The translations under genes and the position numbers were made by a program. 64,000 bases of DNA from Chitinophagales bacterium (GTDB lineage: Bacteria > Bacteroidota > Bacteroidia > Chitinophagales > JADIYW01): the NCBI GenBank assembly GCA_035515235.1, contig DATJBS010000061.1, positions 19,012-83,011 on the forward strand, written 5' to 3'. Each line of letters starts with the position of its first letter. Positions within the stretch are counted from its first letter, which is position 1. The notes under the pieces were generated by a model that saw only the letters and a list, made by a program, of their open reading frames with translations, had not been told where the DNA came from and did not search any database. Positions 55,960-64,000 of this stretch are shown piece by piece.

Positions 55960-58900
55960 ATGTCACATTTTTCTCATTTACATTGTCATACTCAGTTTTC
56001 ATTATTAGATGGTGCTGCAAGTGTCAAAGGCTTATTTAAAAAAGCCACAGAAGATGGTCATAGAGCTATAGCGCTGACTGATCACGGGAATATGTATGGT
56101 GCTTTTCAGTTCGTAGCAGAAGCTTGGAAAAACACGAAATCTACCGGACGTAAAGATGAATTTGGAAAGGATATTGTTGAGCCAGTCGTCAAACCTATTG
56201 TAGGCTGTGAGTTTTATTTAGTAGAGAATAGACATCAACAACAATTCACTAAGGGAGTACGCGATAAAAGATATCATCAGTTATTATTAGCCAAAAACAG
56301 AAAAGGTTACGAGAACTTAGTCAAACTTTGTTCACTTGGATATATAGAAGGGATGTACGGGAAATATCCTCGTATCGACAAAGAGTTAATCCTTCAATAT
56401 CATGAAGGCTTAATAGCTACTACTTGTTGTCTTGGAGCTGAAGTCCCTCGTGCGATTTTGAATAAAACTGAAGAGGAGGCAGAGACTTTATTCAAATGGT
56501 GGCTAGATTTATTTGGTGATGATTACTATATAGAATTACAAAGACACGGTATTGCAGACCAAGATAAAGTCAATGCTGTTTTACTCCAATACGCTAAGAA
56601 ATACAATGTTCCAATCATTGCTTCCAACGATACGCACTATGTAGATCAGGAAGATTTTAATGCACACGATATTCTACTTTGTATTAATACCGGTGAAAAG
56701 CAAAGTACCCCAACGAATAAAGACTTTTCAGAAGACGGAGGTTTCCCAAAAGGAACAAGGTTCGCATTTGCTAACGATCAGTTTTTCTTTAAAACAGAAA
56801 AACAAATGGCAGAAGCTTTCAAAGATTTACCACAAGCTTTGGATAACACCCAATTGATTGTAGATAAAGTGGAGCCGTTAAAATTGAAGCAAGATATCAT
56901 GCTTCCAAATTTCATTATTCCTCAAGAATTTCTTAATCAGGACGATTTTTTAAAGCACTTGACTTATGAAGGTGCTAGAAAACGATATGTAGATATTACT
57001 CCAGAAATTCAAGAACGTATAGATTTTGAATTGTTCACAATTCGTACGATGGGTTTTGCAGGATATTTCTTGATTGTTCAGGATTTTATCAATAAAGGAA
57101 AAGAAATCGGAGTTTTCGTGGGGCCGGGTAGAGGTTCGGCAGCAGGTTCTGCGGTAGCTTATTGCATTGGTATTACAAATATTGACCCTATAAAATACAA
57201 TTTACTTTTTGAGCGTTTTTTAAACCCAGATCGTAAAAGTATGCCGGATATTGATACGGATTTTGATGATACCGGTCGTCAGAAAGTTATCGATTATGTA
57301 GTTGAAAAATACGGCGAAAGGCAAGTAGCTCATATTGTAACTTATGGTACAATGGCGGCTAAGTCGAGTATAAAGGACGTTGCGAGAGTGATGGATTTGC
57401 CTTTAGCAGAATCTAATATTTTGGCAAAATTAGTTCCAGATAGACCAGGAGTAGAGCTTAAAAGACTGCTTCTCAAACCTATGGACGCTGATGATGGACC
57501 GATGAAAAAATACGGTTTAAATGCAGAAGATAGGGTAAAATTAGAAGCACTCAGAAAAATTCAAGAAGGGGATGATCTACGAGCACATGTCATCAGAGAG
57601 GCTCTGAAATTAGAAGGGTCAGTAAGAAATACAGGAATCCATGCGGCAGGAATTATCATTGCTCCAAAAGATTTGACAGATATTCTTCCGGTAGCCAAAG
57701 CAAAAGACATCAAATTGTTAGTGACACAGTTTGAAGGAAACGTCATCGAAGATGCTGGCGTAATAAAAATGGACTTTTTGGGATTAAGAACTCTGTCGGT
57801 TTTGAAAGATGCCGTGGAGCTGATTAAAATAAACACAGGAAGAGATATCGATCTTGATGAAATACCTTTAGACGATTCGAAAACCTTTGCATTATATCAA
57901 AGAGCAGAAACCAACGGAACTTTCCAGTTTGAGTCCGGAGGGATGCAAAAGCATTTAAAAGATTTAAAGCCTGATAGAATAGAGGATTTAATTGCGATGA
58001 ATGCGCTTTATCGCCCTGGACCGATGGAGTATATTCCTAGTTTTATTGATAGGAAATTTGGAAGAGAAGCAGTTCAGTACGACTTGCCAGAAATGGAAGA
58101 GTATTTGAAAGAGACTTATGGGATTACGGTTTATCAAGAACAGGTGATGTTATTATCTCAAAAATTAGCGGACTTTACCAAAGGAGATGCGGACGTTTTG
58201 AGAAAAGCGATGGGTAAAAAAGACCGCAAAACCTTGGATCAACTGAAGCCTAAATTCATTGAACAAGCAGCAGCCAAAGGTCATCCAGAAAAGATTCTAG
58301 AGAAAATTTGGAAGGATTGGGAAGCATTTGCAGCTTATGCCTTTAACAAATCTCACTCCGTATGTTATGCAATGGTCGCTTATCAAACAGCATATCTAAA
58401 AGCAAACTATCCAGCAGAATATATGGCTGGAGTATTGACGAATAACTTTAAAAACTCTGAGAAAATCAGCTTTTTCTTGGCAGAATGCCGAAATATGGGC
58501 GTGAAAGTATTAGGGCCAGATATCAATGAGAGTAGTATGAGATTCTCTGTCAATAAGAAAGGAGAAATTCGATTTACACTCTCTGCACTAAAAGGATTGG
58601 GAGATGCTGCAGCTCATGCGATTATTGAAGAAAGAGAAGCAGGAGGGCCATTTGAATCTATTTTTGATATGGTCAAAAGAGTGAATCTTCGCGCTGTGAA
58701 TAAGAAAAGTATGGAGACTTTGGCTCGTGCTGGAGCCTTTGATTCAATCGGTAATATTCATCGAGCACAATATGTTGAATTGTTAAATGATGGGACTTCC
58801 TTTTTAGATAGAGTGATAAGATTCGGTAATTTATACAAACAACAAAAGGAAACTAGCACCACGTCTTTATTTGGTGATAGTTTCGACGATCAATTAGTCG

Positions 58901-59649
58901 ATCCTGAAATTCCACACATTAATCCTTGGGATGATTTTGAATTGTTGACTAATGAAAAGGAAGTGATTGGGATTTATTTGTCAGGACATCCTTTAGATGA
59001 ATTCAGATTTGAGCAAGAGTTTTTCTGTAATTCTAGAATTAGAGATATTGAGGAAAATCCTGAAACTCCTCTAGTATTCTGTTGTATAGTAAAAGAAGTC
59101 AGTAAAAGAGTCACTAAAGATGGTAGACCTTTTGCTTTCTTAAAGATAGAAGACCATTTTTCTGAAATGGAGCTACCATTTTTTGGAGATGAATATATTA
59201 AGTATGCAGCGTTTTTTGAAGTCAATAGCTTCTTGAGAGTATCAGGCTCATTGCGTAAAAAATATAAAGATGCTACAGATTATTTCTTTAAAGTGACTGA
59301 AGTAGAATATTTAAATACTGTCTTAGATAAGGAAAGTAAATTTCTAGAAATAGGTGTGAATGGATATAGAATCAATTCGCTTTTTATACAAACCATAGAG
59401 AATATTGCCAAATCTAACAAGGGTGATATGCCGCTGAAATTTGTAATCGATACCCATAGAGATAAAGCTCCTATTAGTTTAAAATCTAGTAATTATAAAG
59501 TGAAGCTCACGAAGCCATTACTAGAAGAAATAGAAAAATTAGATGTTTTGTCTTATAAAATCAGACCTGAAGATTCTCGTTTTAGAAAGGTAGCCTCTTA
59601 TACTAAATTAGATGAAGCCGAAGCTTTTATTATGGATGATGTGGATTGA
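55960..59649 (+). CDS. dnaE: DNA polymerase III subunit alpha
   Basis: PHP domain HLHCHTQFSLLDGA, polymerase core (GPGRGSAAGS, PDIDTDF), and a C-terminal OB-fold region. 1229 aa. Confidence 0.95.
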   Translation: MSHFSHLHCHTQFSLLDGAASVKGLFKKATEDGHRAIALTDHGNMYGAFQFVAEAWKNTKSTGRKDEFGKDIVEPVVKPIVGCEFYLVENRHQQQFTKGVRDKRYHQLLLAKNRKGYENLVKLCSLGYIEGMYGKYPRIDKELILQYHEGLIATTCCLGAEVPRAILNKTEEEAETLFKWWLDLFGDDYYIELQRHGIADQDKVNAVLLQYAKKYNVPIIASNDTHYVDQEDFNAHDILLCINTGEKQSTPTNKDFSEDGGFPKGTRFAFANDQFFFKTEKQMAEAFKDLPQALDNTQLIVDKVEPLKLKQDIMLPNFIIPQEFLNQDDFLKHLTYEGARKRYVDITPEIQERIDFELFTIRTMGFAGYFLIVQDFINKGKEIGVFVGPGRGSAAGSAVAYCIGITNIDPIKYNLLFERFLNPDRKSMPDIDTDFDDTGRQKVIDYVVEKYGERQVAHIVTYGTMAAKSSIKDVARVMDLPLAESNILAKLVPDRPGVELKRLLLKPMDADDGPMKKYGLNAEDRVKLEALRKIQEGDDLRAHVIREALKLEGSVRNTGIHAAGIIIAPKDLTDILPVAKAKDIKLLVTQFEGNVIEDAGVIKMDFLGLRTLSVLKDAVELIKINTGRDIDLDEIPLDDSKTFALYQRAETNGTFQFESGGMQKHLKDLKPDRIEDLIAMNALYRPGPMEYIPSFIDRKFGREAVQYDLPEMEEYLKETYGITVYQEQVMLLSQKLADFTKGDADVLRKAMGKKDRKTLDQLKPKFIEQAAAKGHPEKILEKIWKDWEAFAAYAFNKSHSVCYAMVAYQTAYLKANYPAEYMAGVLTNNFKNSEKISFFLAECRNMGVKVLGPDINESSMRFSVNKKGEIRFTLSALKGLGDAAAHAIIEEREAGGPFESIFDMVKRVNLRAVNKKSMETLARAGAFDSIGNIHRAQYVELLNDGTSFLDRVIRFGNLYKQQKETSTTSLFGDSFDDQLVDPEIPHINPWDDFELLTNEKEVIGIYLSGHPLDEFRFEQEFFCNSRIRDIEENPETPLVFCCIVKEVSKRVTKDGRPFAFLKIEDHFSEMELPFFGDEYIKYAAFFEVNSFLRVSGSLRKKYKDATDYFFKVTEVEYLNTVLDKESKFLEIGVNGYRINSLFIQTIENIAKSNKGDMPLKFVIDTHRDKAPISLKSSNYKVKLTKPLLEEIEKLDVLSYKIRPEDSRFRKVASYTKLDEAEAFIMDDVD

Positions 59650-59712
59650 TCAACATCTTTAATTTTAATTGAAGACTATCAACTACTAAATTCTAAATAA
59701 TATCTTTGTCGA

Positions 59713-60441
59713 GTGGAAATACCCTGGCTGATTATTCTAATCATTTTTATTGCAAGTACCATATTTGCAACTTTTGGATTTGGTGATGCATTATTAGCCT
59801 TGCCTTTTTTGACGATGATTATTGGTCTTCAAAAATCCACACCTTTATTAGCTTTATCAGGATTTACTTTAGCATTATTACTTTTTGGTTCAGGCTGGAA
59901 ACATATACAATGGAAAGTTGCATTACGTTTAGTGATAGGTTCTCTTTGTGGAGTACCCATAGGCGTTTGGCTGTTGAAACACATGGACAAAAATCTGATG
60001 CAAGGTATTGTTGGAGTTGTGATCTCATTGATTTCACTATACAATCTTTTTAAACCTACATTCTTTAAAATTGAAACCGACAAATCAGCTCCTATATTTG
60101 GATTTATAGGCGGCATACTTGGTGGAGCATTCAATACGAGTGCGCCACCAGTAGTGATGTTTGGAGCGATGAGAGGTTGGTCTCCATTAGTATTTGTAGG
60201 AATGATGCAAGCATATTTTATCCCAACAGATATTTTTGTAATTGCAGGACATGTGGGCACAGGATTACTCAACAGAGAAGTGTTAATCATGTATTTTTGG
60301 TGTTTGCCCTTTTTGATTTTAGCAGTCGTTTTGGGTCAACAGCTAAAGAAAAAAATTCCAGTAGAAAAATTTCAAAAAGGAGTTTTTGTGTTGATATTGA
60401 TTTCAGGAGTATTGTTGACGTTGAGAAGTTGGATGTATTAA
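59713..60441 (+). CDS. TauE/SafE family sulfite/anion exporter
   Basis: 242 aa, ~7-8 TM, Gly-rich helices (GFIGGILGGAFNTSAPP). GTG start. Confidence 0.7.
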   Translation: MEIPWLIILIIFIASTIFATFGFGDALLALPFLTMIIGLQKSTPLLALSGFTLALLLFGSGWKHIQWKVALRLVIGSLCGVPIGVWLLKHMDKNLMQGIVGVVISLISLYNLFKPTFFKIETDKSAPIFGFIGGILGGAFNTSAPPVVMFGAMRGWSPLVFVGMMQAYFIPTDIFVIAGHVGTGLLNREVLIMYFWCLPFLILAVVLGQQLKKKIPVEKFQKGVFVLILISGVLLTLRSWMY

Positions 60442-60467
60442 TTATTGATTTAAATCTGAATTCTTAG

Positions 60468-61022
60468 ATGGAAGTTAAAGAATATAAATTCATTGCAACC
60501 GAGGAAAAGGTATATGTTTTATCTAAGTTTAATTTTAGACTAGTAACCGTCTTAGCAATAATTGCTTTAGTACTATTTTTACAGATATTTCAAGATCATA
60601 TTGGTTGGATTGTTTTTGGTCTATTCGCAACCGTAGTTTTAATGACTGTGTTTTTAGGAATTTATGCTCTCATTTATCATTATCATTTAAAAGATGAAAT
60701 AAACAATACATTGATAAGTATTAATGAGGAAGGGTTTTGTTTTAAATATGAATTGATTTATTGGGAACGAATGTCAAATCTGAGAATTATTTATGTTTCA
60801 CATTATAATATTTATGGATTTACGGGTAACTTATCCAATGTTATAACTTTTTATCTCAATGATAAAAGACGAGAATTTCATTTTGGATTAAATGGAGAGG
60901 AAGATAAACTTCGATATTTAGAAATGTTAGAGTTTTTATATCTCAAGGAAATTCCTTTTATAGAAGAGATAGATAAAATTGGACCTACGTATTTAATGGA
61001 GCCAATTCAAACAGATAATTAG
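60468..61022 (+). CDS. Hypothetical membrane protein
   Basis: Two adjacent TM helices (aa ~25-70), then a ~110-aa soluble domain. No family recognised. Confidence 0.5.
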   Translation: MEVKEYKFIATEEKVYVLSKFNFRLVTVLAIIALVLFLQIFQDHIGWIVFGLFATVVLMTVFLGIYALIYHYHLKDEINNTLISINEEGFCFKYELIYWERMSNLRIIYVSHYNIYGFTGNLSNVITFYLNDKRREFHFGLNGEEDKLRYLEMLEFLYLKEIPFIEEIDKIGPTYLMEPIQTDN

Positions 61023-61023
61023 T

Positions 61024-61581
61024 TTAAAATTTCAGCTCTATTTGGCTTGAAATTGATTTTTCAAATTCTAATATTTCTCTTTTTCTATCAATTCCCCACA
61101 TATATCCTCCGAGTCCACCAGAACTTTGGATAACTCTGTGACAAGGAATTACATAGGCAATAGGATTATTTCCAATCGCTGTTCCGACTGCTCGGGATGC
61201 TTTTATAGTGAGTTGAATATTTTGAGCAATTCGACCATAAGTGGAGGTAGAACCAAAAGGAATTTTTAATAAATCTTCCCAAACTTTTACTTGAAAATCT
61301 GTTCCTTTAAGATGTAAGTCAAAATTGATTGCAGAATGATTTTGTTGGAAAATCTGTAGAAATTGATTATGTGACAGATGTGATTTATTAATGATTTCTG
61401 CAGATGGAAATCTGTTTTTCAAATTTTGGATAGCTTGATTTTCTTCTTCTTCTTCAAATGCAGCATAACAAATACCTTTCTCCGTATTGGCAATGATCAT
61501 TTTACCAAAAGGACTTTTTTGAAAGCTAAATTGAATTTTGAGGCTTTGTATTTCTTTTGGATTTATTCTATGAATCTGCAT
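61024..61581 (-). CDS. ogt: Methylated-DNA--protein-cysteine methyltransferase
   Basis: Active site IPCHRV preceded by TYGRIAQ...RAVGTAIGNNP. ATG at 61581 is preferred: the TTG at 61602 would lie inside the upstream terminator T-run. Confidence 0.85.
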   Translation of the reverse strand: MQIHRINPKEIQSLKIQFSFQKSPFGKMIIANTEKGICYAAFEEEEENQAIQNLKNRFPSAEIINKSHLSHNQFLQIFQQNHSAINFDLHLKGTDFQVKVWEDLLKIPFGSTSTYGRIAQNIQLTIKASRAVGTAIGNNPIAYVIPCHRVIQSSGGLGGYMWGIDRKREILEFEKSISSQIELKF

Positions 61582-61597
61582 GGATGAATAAAGATAG

Positions 61598-61643
61598 TTC
61601 AAAAATTAAAGCCTAAACAGATAGAAATATCCATTTAGGCTTT
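61598..61643 (-). terminator. Rho-independent terminator after the fadB-like gene
   Basis: aaagcctaaa/tttaggcttt 10-bp stem (61608-61617 with 61634-61643), followed on the minus strand by aattttt. Confidence 0.65.
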
Positions 61644-61665
61644 AAATATTTTTAGCTTAAATAGC

Positions 61666-63789
61666 TTAAACGAATTTCTCGCCTTTCGCTGCTTTTTCTT
61701 TTAATAAAGCTGGTACAGCAAATCTTTCACCGTATTTAGCTTCTAATTCTTGTGCTCTTTTGATGAATGCATCCAAGCCGTAAGCGTTGATGTATTGTAA
61801 TGTTCCTCCGTGGAATGGTGCAAAACCCCATCCGAAAATAGAACCAATATTAGCATCTGCTACACTTGTCAAAACACCTTCTTCCAAACATCTTACTGTA
61901 TCTAAAGATTGAACAAATAATAATCTATCGATCATTTCTTGTTGTGGCATTGGTGTTTTAGCTGGGAATAATTCTTTCAATCCTGAATGAAGATGTTTTT
62001 TACCACCTTGAGGATAATCATAGAATCCTGCACCTGCAGCCTTACCAAATCTTTTTAGATCAATCATTTTTTCTGAAACAGGATAAGCCGGATGAGTAGG
62101 AGCTGATTTTCCTTCAGCTTCCATATCTTTTACAGTTTGTTTTCTGATGTGATCCATCAAAGATAAACTCACTTCATCCGTCAATGCTAATGGTCCTATT
62201 GGCATACCTGCTTGTAAACCAGTGCTTTCTATAAATTGAGCATCTTGACCTTCGCCTAACAATGTAATTCCTTCGAGTACATAAGTAGAGAAAACTCTTG
62301 AAGTATAAAATCCTCTGCTATCATTTACAACGATAGGTGTTTTTCTGATTTGTTTGACATAATCAAAAGCTTTTGCTAATGTCTCATCGCTCGTTTCAGC
62401 ACCTGTTATTATTTCTACCAAAGGCATTTTGTCCACTGGAGAGAAGAAATGTATTCCGATGAATTGATCTGGGCGAGAAGAAGCTTTCGCTAAACCTGTG
62501 ATAGGTAAAGTCGAAGTATTGGAAGCATAAACTCCGCTTGCATCCATAACTGCTTCCGATTCTTTAGTCACTGTAGCTTTCAAATCTCTATCTTCAAATA
62601 CAGCCTCAATGATTAAGTCAACACCTTTGACTGCATCAGCGTCAGCAGTAGGAGTGATTCTCGCTAAAACTTCTTGACCCTTTTCTGGAGTCATTTTACC
62701 TCTTTGAACCTGTTTTGCAACTAATTTCTCTGAGTAAGATTTTCCAAATTCAGCTTTCTCTAAAGTCGAATCTTTCAAAATGACTTCAATTCCAGCCACT
62801 GCTGAAACGTAAGCAATTCCACTTCCCATCATTCCTGCACCAATTACACCTAATCTCTTAGTGACTTGTGGAGCAACATTTTTAGGACGACTTGCGCCTG
62901 CATTGATGCTATTCAAGTTGAACCAGAATGCAGTCAACATGTTTTTAGAAACTTGTCCAGTTGCTAATTCTGTGAAATATCTAGATTCAATTCTAGAAGC
63001 AGTTTCAAAATCTACTACACCACCTTCTACTACAGAACAAATAATTGCTATTGGAGCTGGATAGTTTCCGTAAGTTTTTTTACGGGTCATCGCAGGTACG
63101 ATTGGCAGCATAGAAGCTACTTTTGGATTACGTGGATCTCCACCAGGAATTTTAAAACCTTTAATATCCCAAGGGTTTTGAGATTTAGGATTTGCTTTAA
63201 TCCAAGTTTTTGATTTCTCCATCAATTCTTCTGGAGTATCAGCTAATTCATCCACTAAACCTGCTTTCAATGCAGCTTCAGCTTTTAATTTTTTGCCTTC
63301 TGTCAAAAATGGTAAACTGTTTTGTAAGCCAATTAATCTTGGTAATCTAACAGTTCCACCGCCACCAGGTAATAAGCCTAAAGTCACTTCTGGCAATCCA
63401 AATTGAGATTTAGGATTTTTCAAAGCGATTCTTCTGTGACAAGCTAAAGCTAACTCATATCCACCACCTAATGCAGCTCCGTTCAGTGCAGCAACAATAG
63501 GTTTCCCTAATGTTTCTAATTTTCTAAAACCTAATTTTAAACTTTCACACATATCAAAAACTGATTGTGCATCTGAGTTTTTATATAAACTTTCTAAATC
63601 CGCTCCAGCAAGAAATGTTGATTTTGCAGAAGTGAAAATTACTCCAGCTAAATCTGTTTCTTGAGTAATTTTTTCTAAAGTTTCTCCGTATAGTTTTCCA
63701 AATTCATCGTTGATAACATTTGCAGAACGACCTTGCATGTCCATAGTGATGGTAACAATATTGTCTGAATCTTTTTCGTATCTGAACAT
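61666..63789 (-). CDS. Bifunctional enoyl-CoA hydratase / 3-hydroxyacyl-CoA dehydrogenase (FadB/FadJ-like)
   Basis: N-terminal crotonase domain (FLAGADL, ALNGAALGGGYELALACH) and a central Rossmann motif GVIGAGMMGSGIA. 707 aa. Confidence 0.9.
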   Translation of the reverse strand: MFRYEKDSDNIVTITMDMQGRSANVINDEFGKLYGETLEKITQETDLAGVIFTSAKSTFLAGADLESLYKNSDAQSVFDMCESLKLGFRKLETLGKPIVAALNGAALGGGYELALACHRRIALKNPKSQFGLPEVTLGLLPGGGGTVRLPRLIGLQNSLPFLTEGKKLKAEAALKAGLVDELADTPEELMEKSKTWIKANPKSQNPWDIKGFKIPGGDPRNPKVASMLPIVPAMTRKKTYGNYPAPIAIICSVVEGGVVDFETASRIESRYFTELATGQVSKNMLTAFWFNLNSINAGASRPKNVAPQVTKRLGVIGAGMMGSGIAYVSAVAGIEVILKDSTLEKAEFGKSYSEKLVAKQVQRGKMTPEKGQEVLARITPTADADAVKGVDLIIEAVFEDRDLKATVTKESEAVMDASGVYASNTSTLPITGLAKASSRPDQFIGIHFFSPVDKMPLVEIITGAETSDETLAKAFDYVKQIRKTPIVVNDSRGFYTSRVFSTYVLEGITLLGEGQDAQFIESTGLQAGMPIGPLALTDEVSLSLMDHIRKQTVKDMEAEGKSAPTHPAYPVSEKMIDLKRFGKAAGAGFYDYPQGGKKHLHSGLKELFPAKTPMPQQEMIDRLLFVQSLDTVRCLEEGVLTSVADANIGSIFGWGFAPFHGGTLQYINAYGLDAFIKRAQELEAKYGERFAVPALLKEKAAKGEKFV

Positions 63790-63830
63790 TGATTGTATTT
63801 TTTTAAATTTTTAAATAAAAAGAATTGTTC

Positions 63831-64000
<170 letters not shown>

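Noticed and set aside
55960-59649. An intein or other insertion in dnaE.
   Set aside because: At 1229 aa the length is ordinary. PHP, polymerase core and OB regions are contiguous, with no intein block motifs or endonuclease-like insert.

Overview
This is an AT-rich chromosomal segment from a Bacteroidota genome, probably Flavobacteriia- or Cytophagia-like. The lineage call rests on a PorP/SprF type IX secretion gene, a TonB-dependent receptor with a CarboxypepD_reg N-terminus, TAnnTTTG-type -7 promoter boxes, and an alternative complex III (ACIII) operon. About 55 tightly packed CDS and one tRNA-Val are supported, and almost all are housekeeping genes. They cover beta-oxidation (acyl-CoA dehydrogenase, enoyl-CoA hydratase, fadB/fadA-like), pccB-like, folP, sucD, fabG, rplU-rpmA, hemL, dnaE, ogt, an MlaEF-type ABC pair, NDH-2, an ECF sigma factor and two orphan histidine kinases. 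The centrepiece is a 16-gene, same-strand respiratory supercluster at 27844-43398: ACIII actABCDEF, an aa3-type cytochrome c oxidase (II, I, heme O synthase, III, III, IV), then SCO, DUF420 and a 78-aa CxxC mini-protein. I saw no integrase, transposase, CRISPR array, restriction or defence genes, rRNA or prophage. I cannot point to a convincing new multi-gene system, and most of the window is ordinary core genome. Six things deserve a second look. (1) A 1-kb intergenic mosaic at 324-1296 holds a 222-bp tandem array of alternating palindromic units, bracketed by a 120-bp direct repeat, with degenerate copies at 13329-13410 and 55648-55850. (2) A GC-rich, about 140-nt rod-like hairpin ending in a T-run sits inside that mosaic at 1021-1162. 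(3) An adjacent Mpo1-like DUF962 gene and a class-3 aldehyde dehydrogenase mirror the yeast Hfd1/Mpo1 2-hydroxy fatty acid pathway. (4) The uncharacterised tail of the oxidase operon is SCO, DUF420 and the CxxC mini-protein. (5) A NYN plus OST-HTH/LOTUS protein is followed by a cluster of 15-mer repeats. (6) An ECF sigma gene is coupled to a protein combining an N-terminal transmembrane anchor with a C-terminal beta-barrel. All family assignments come from motif recognition by eye, and no database search was run.
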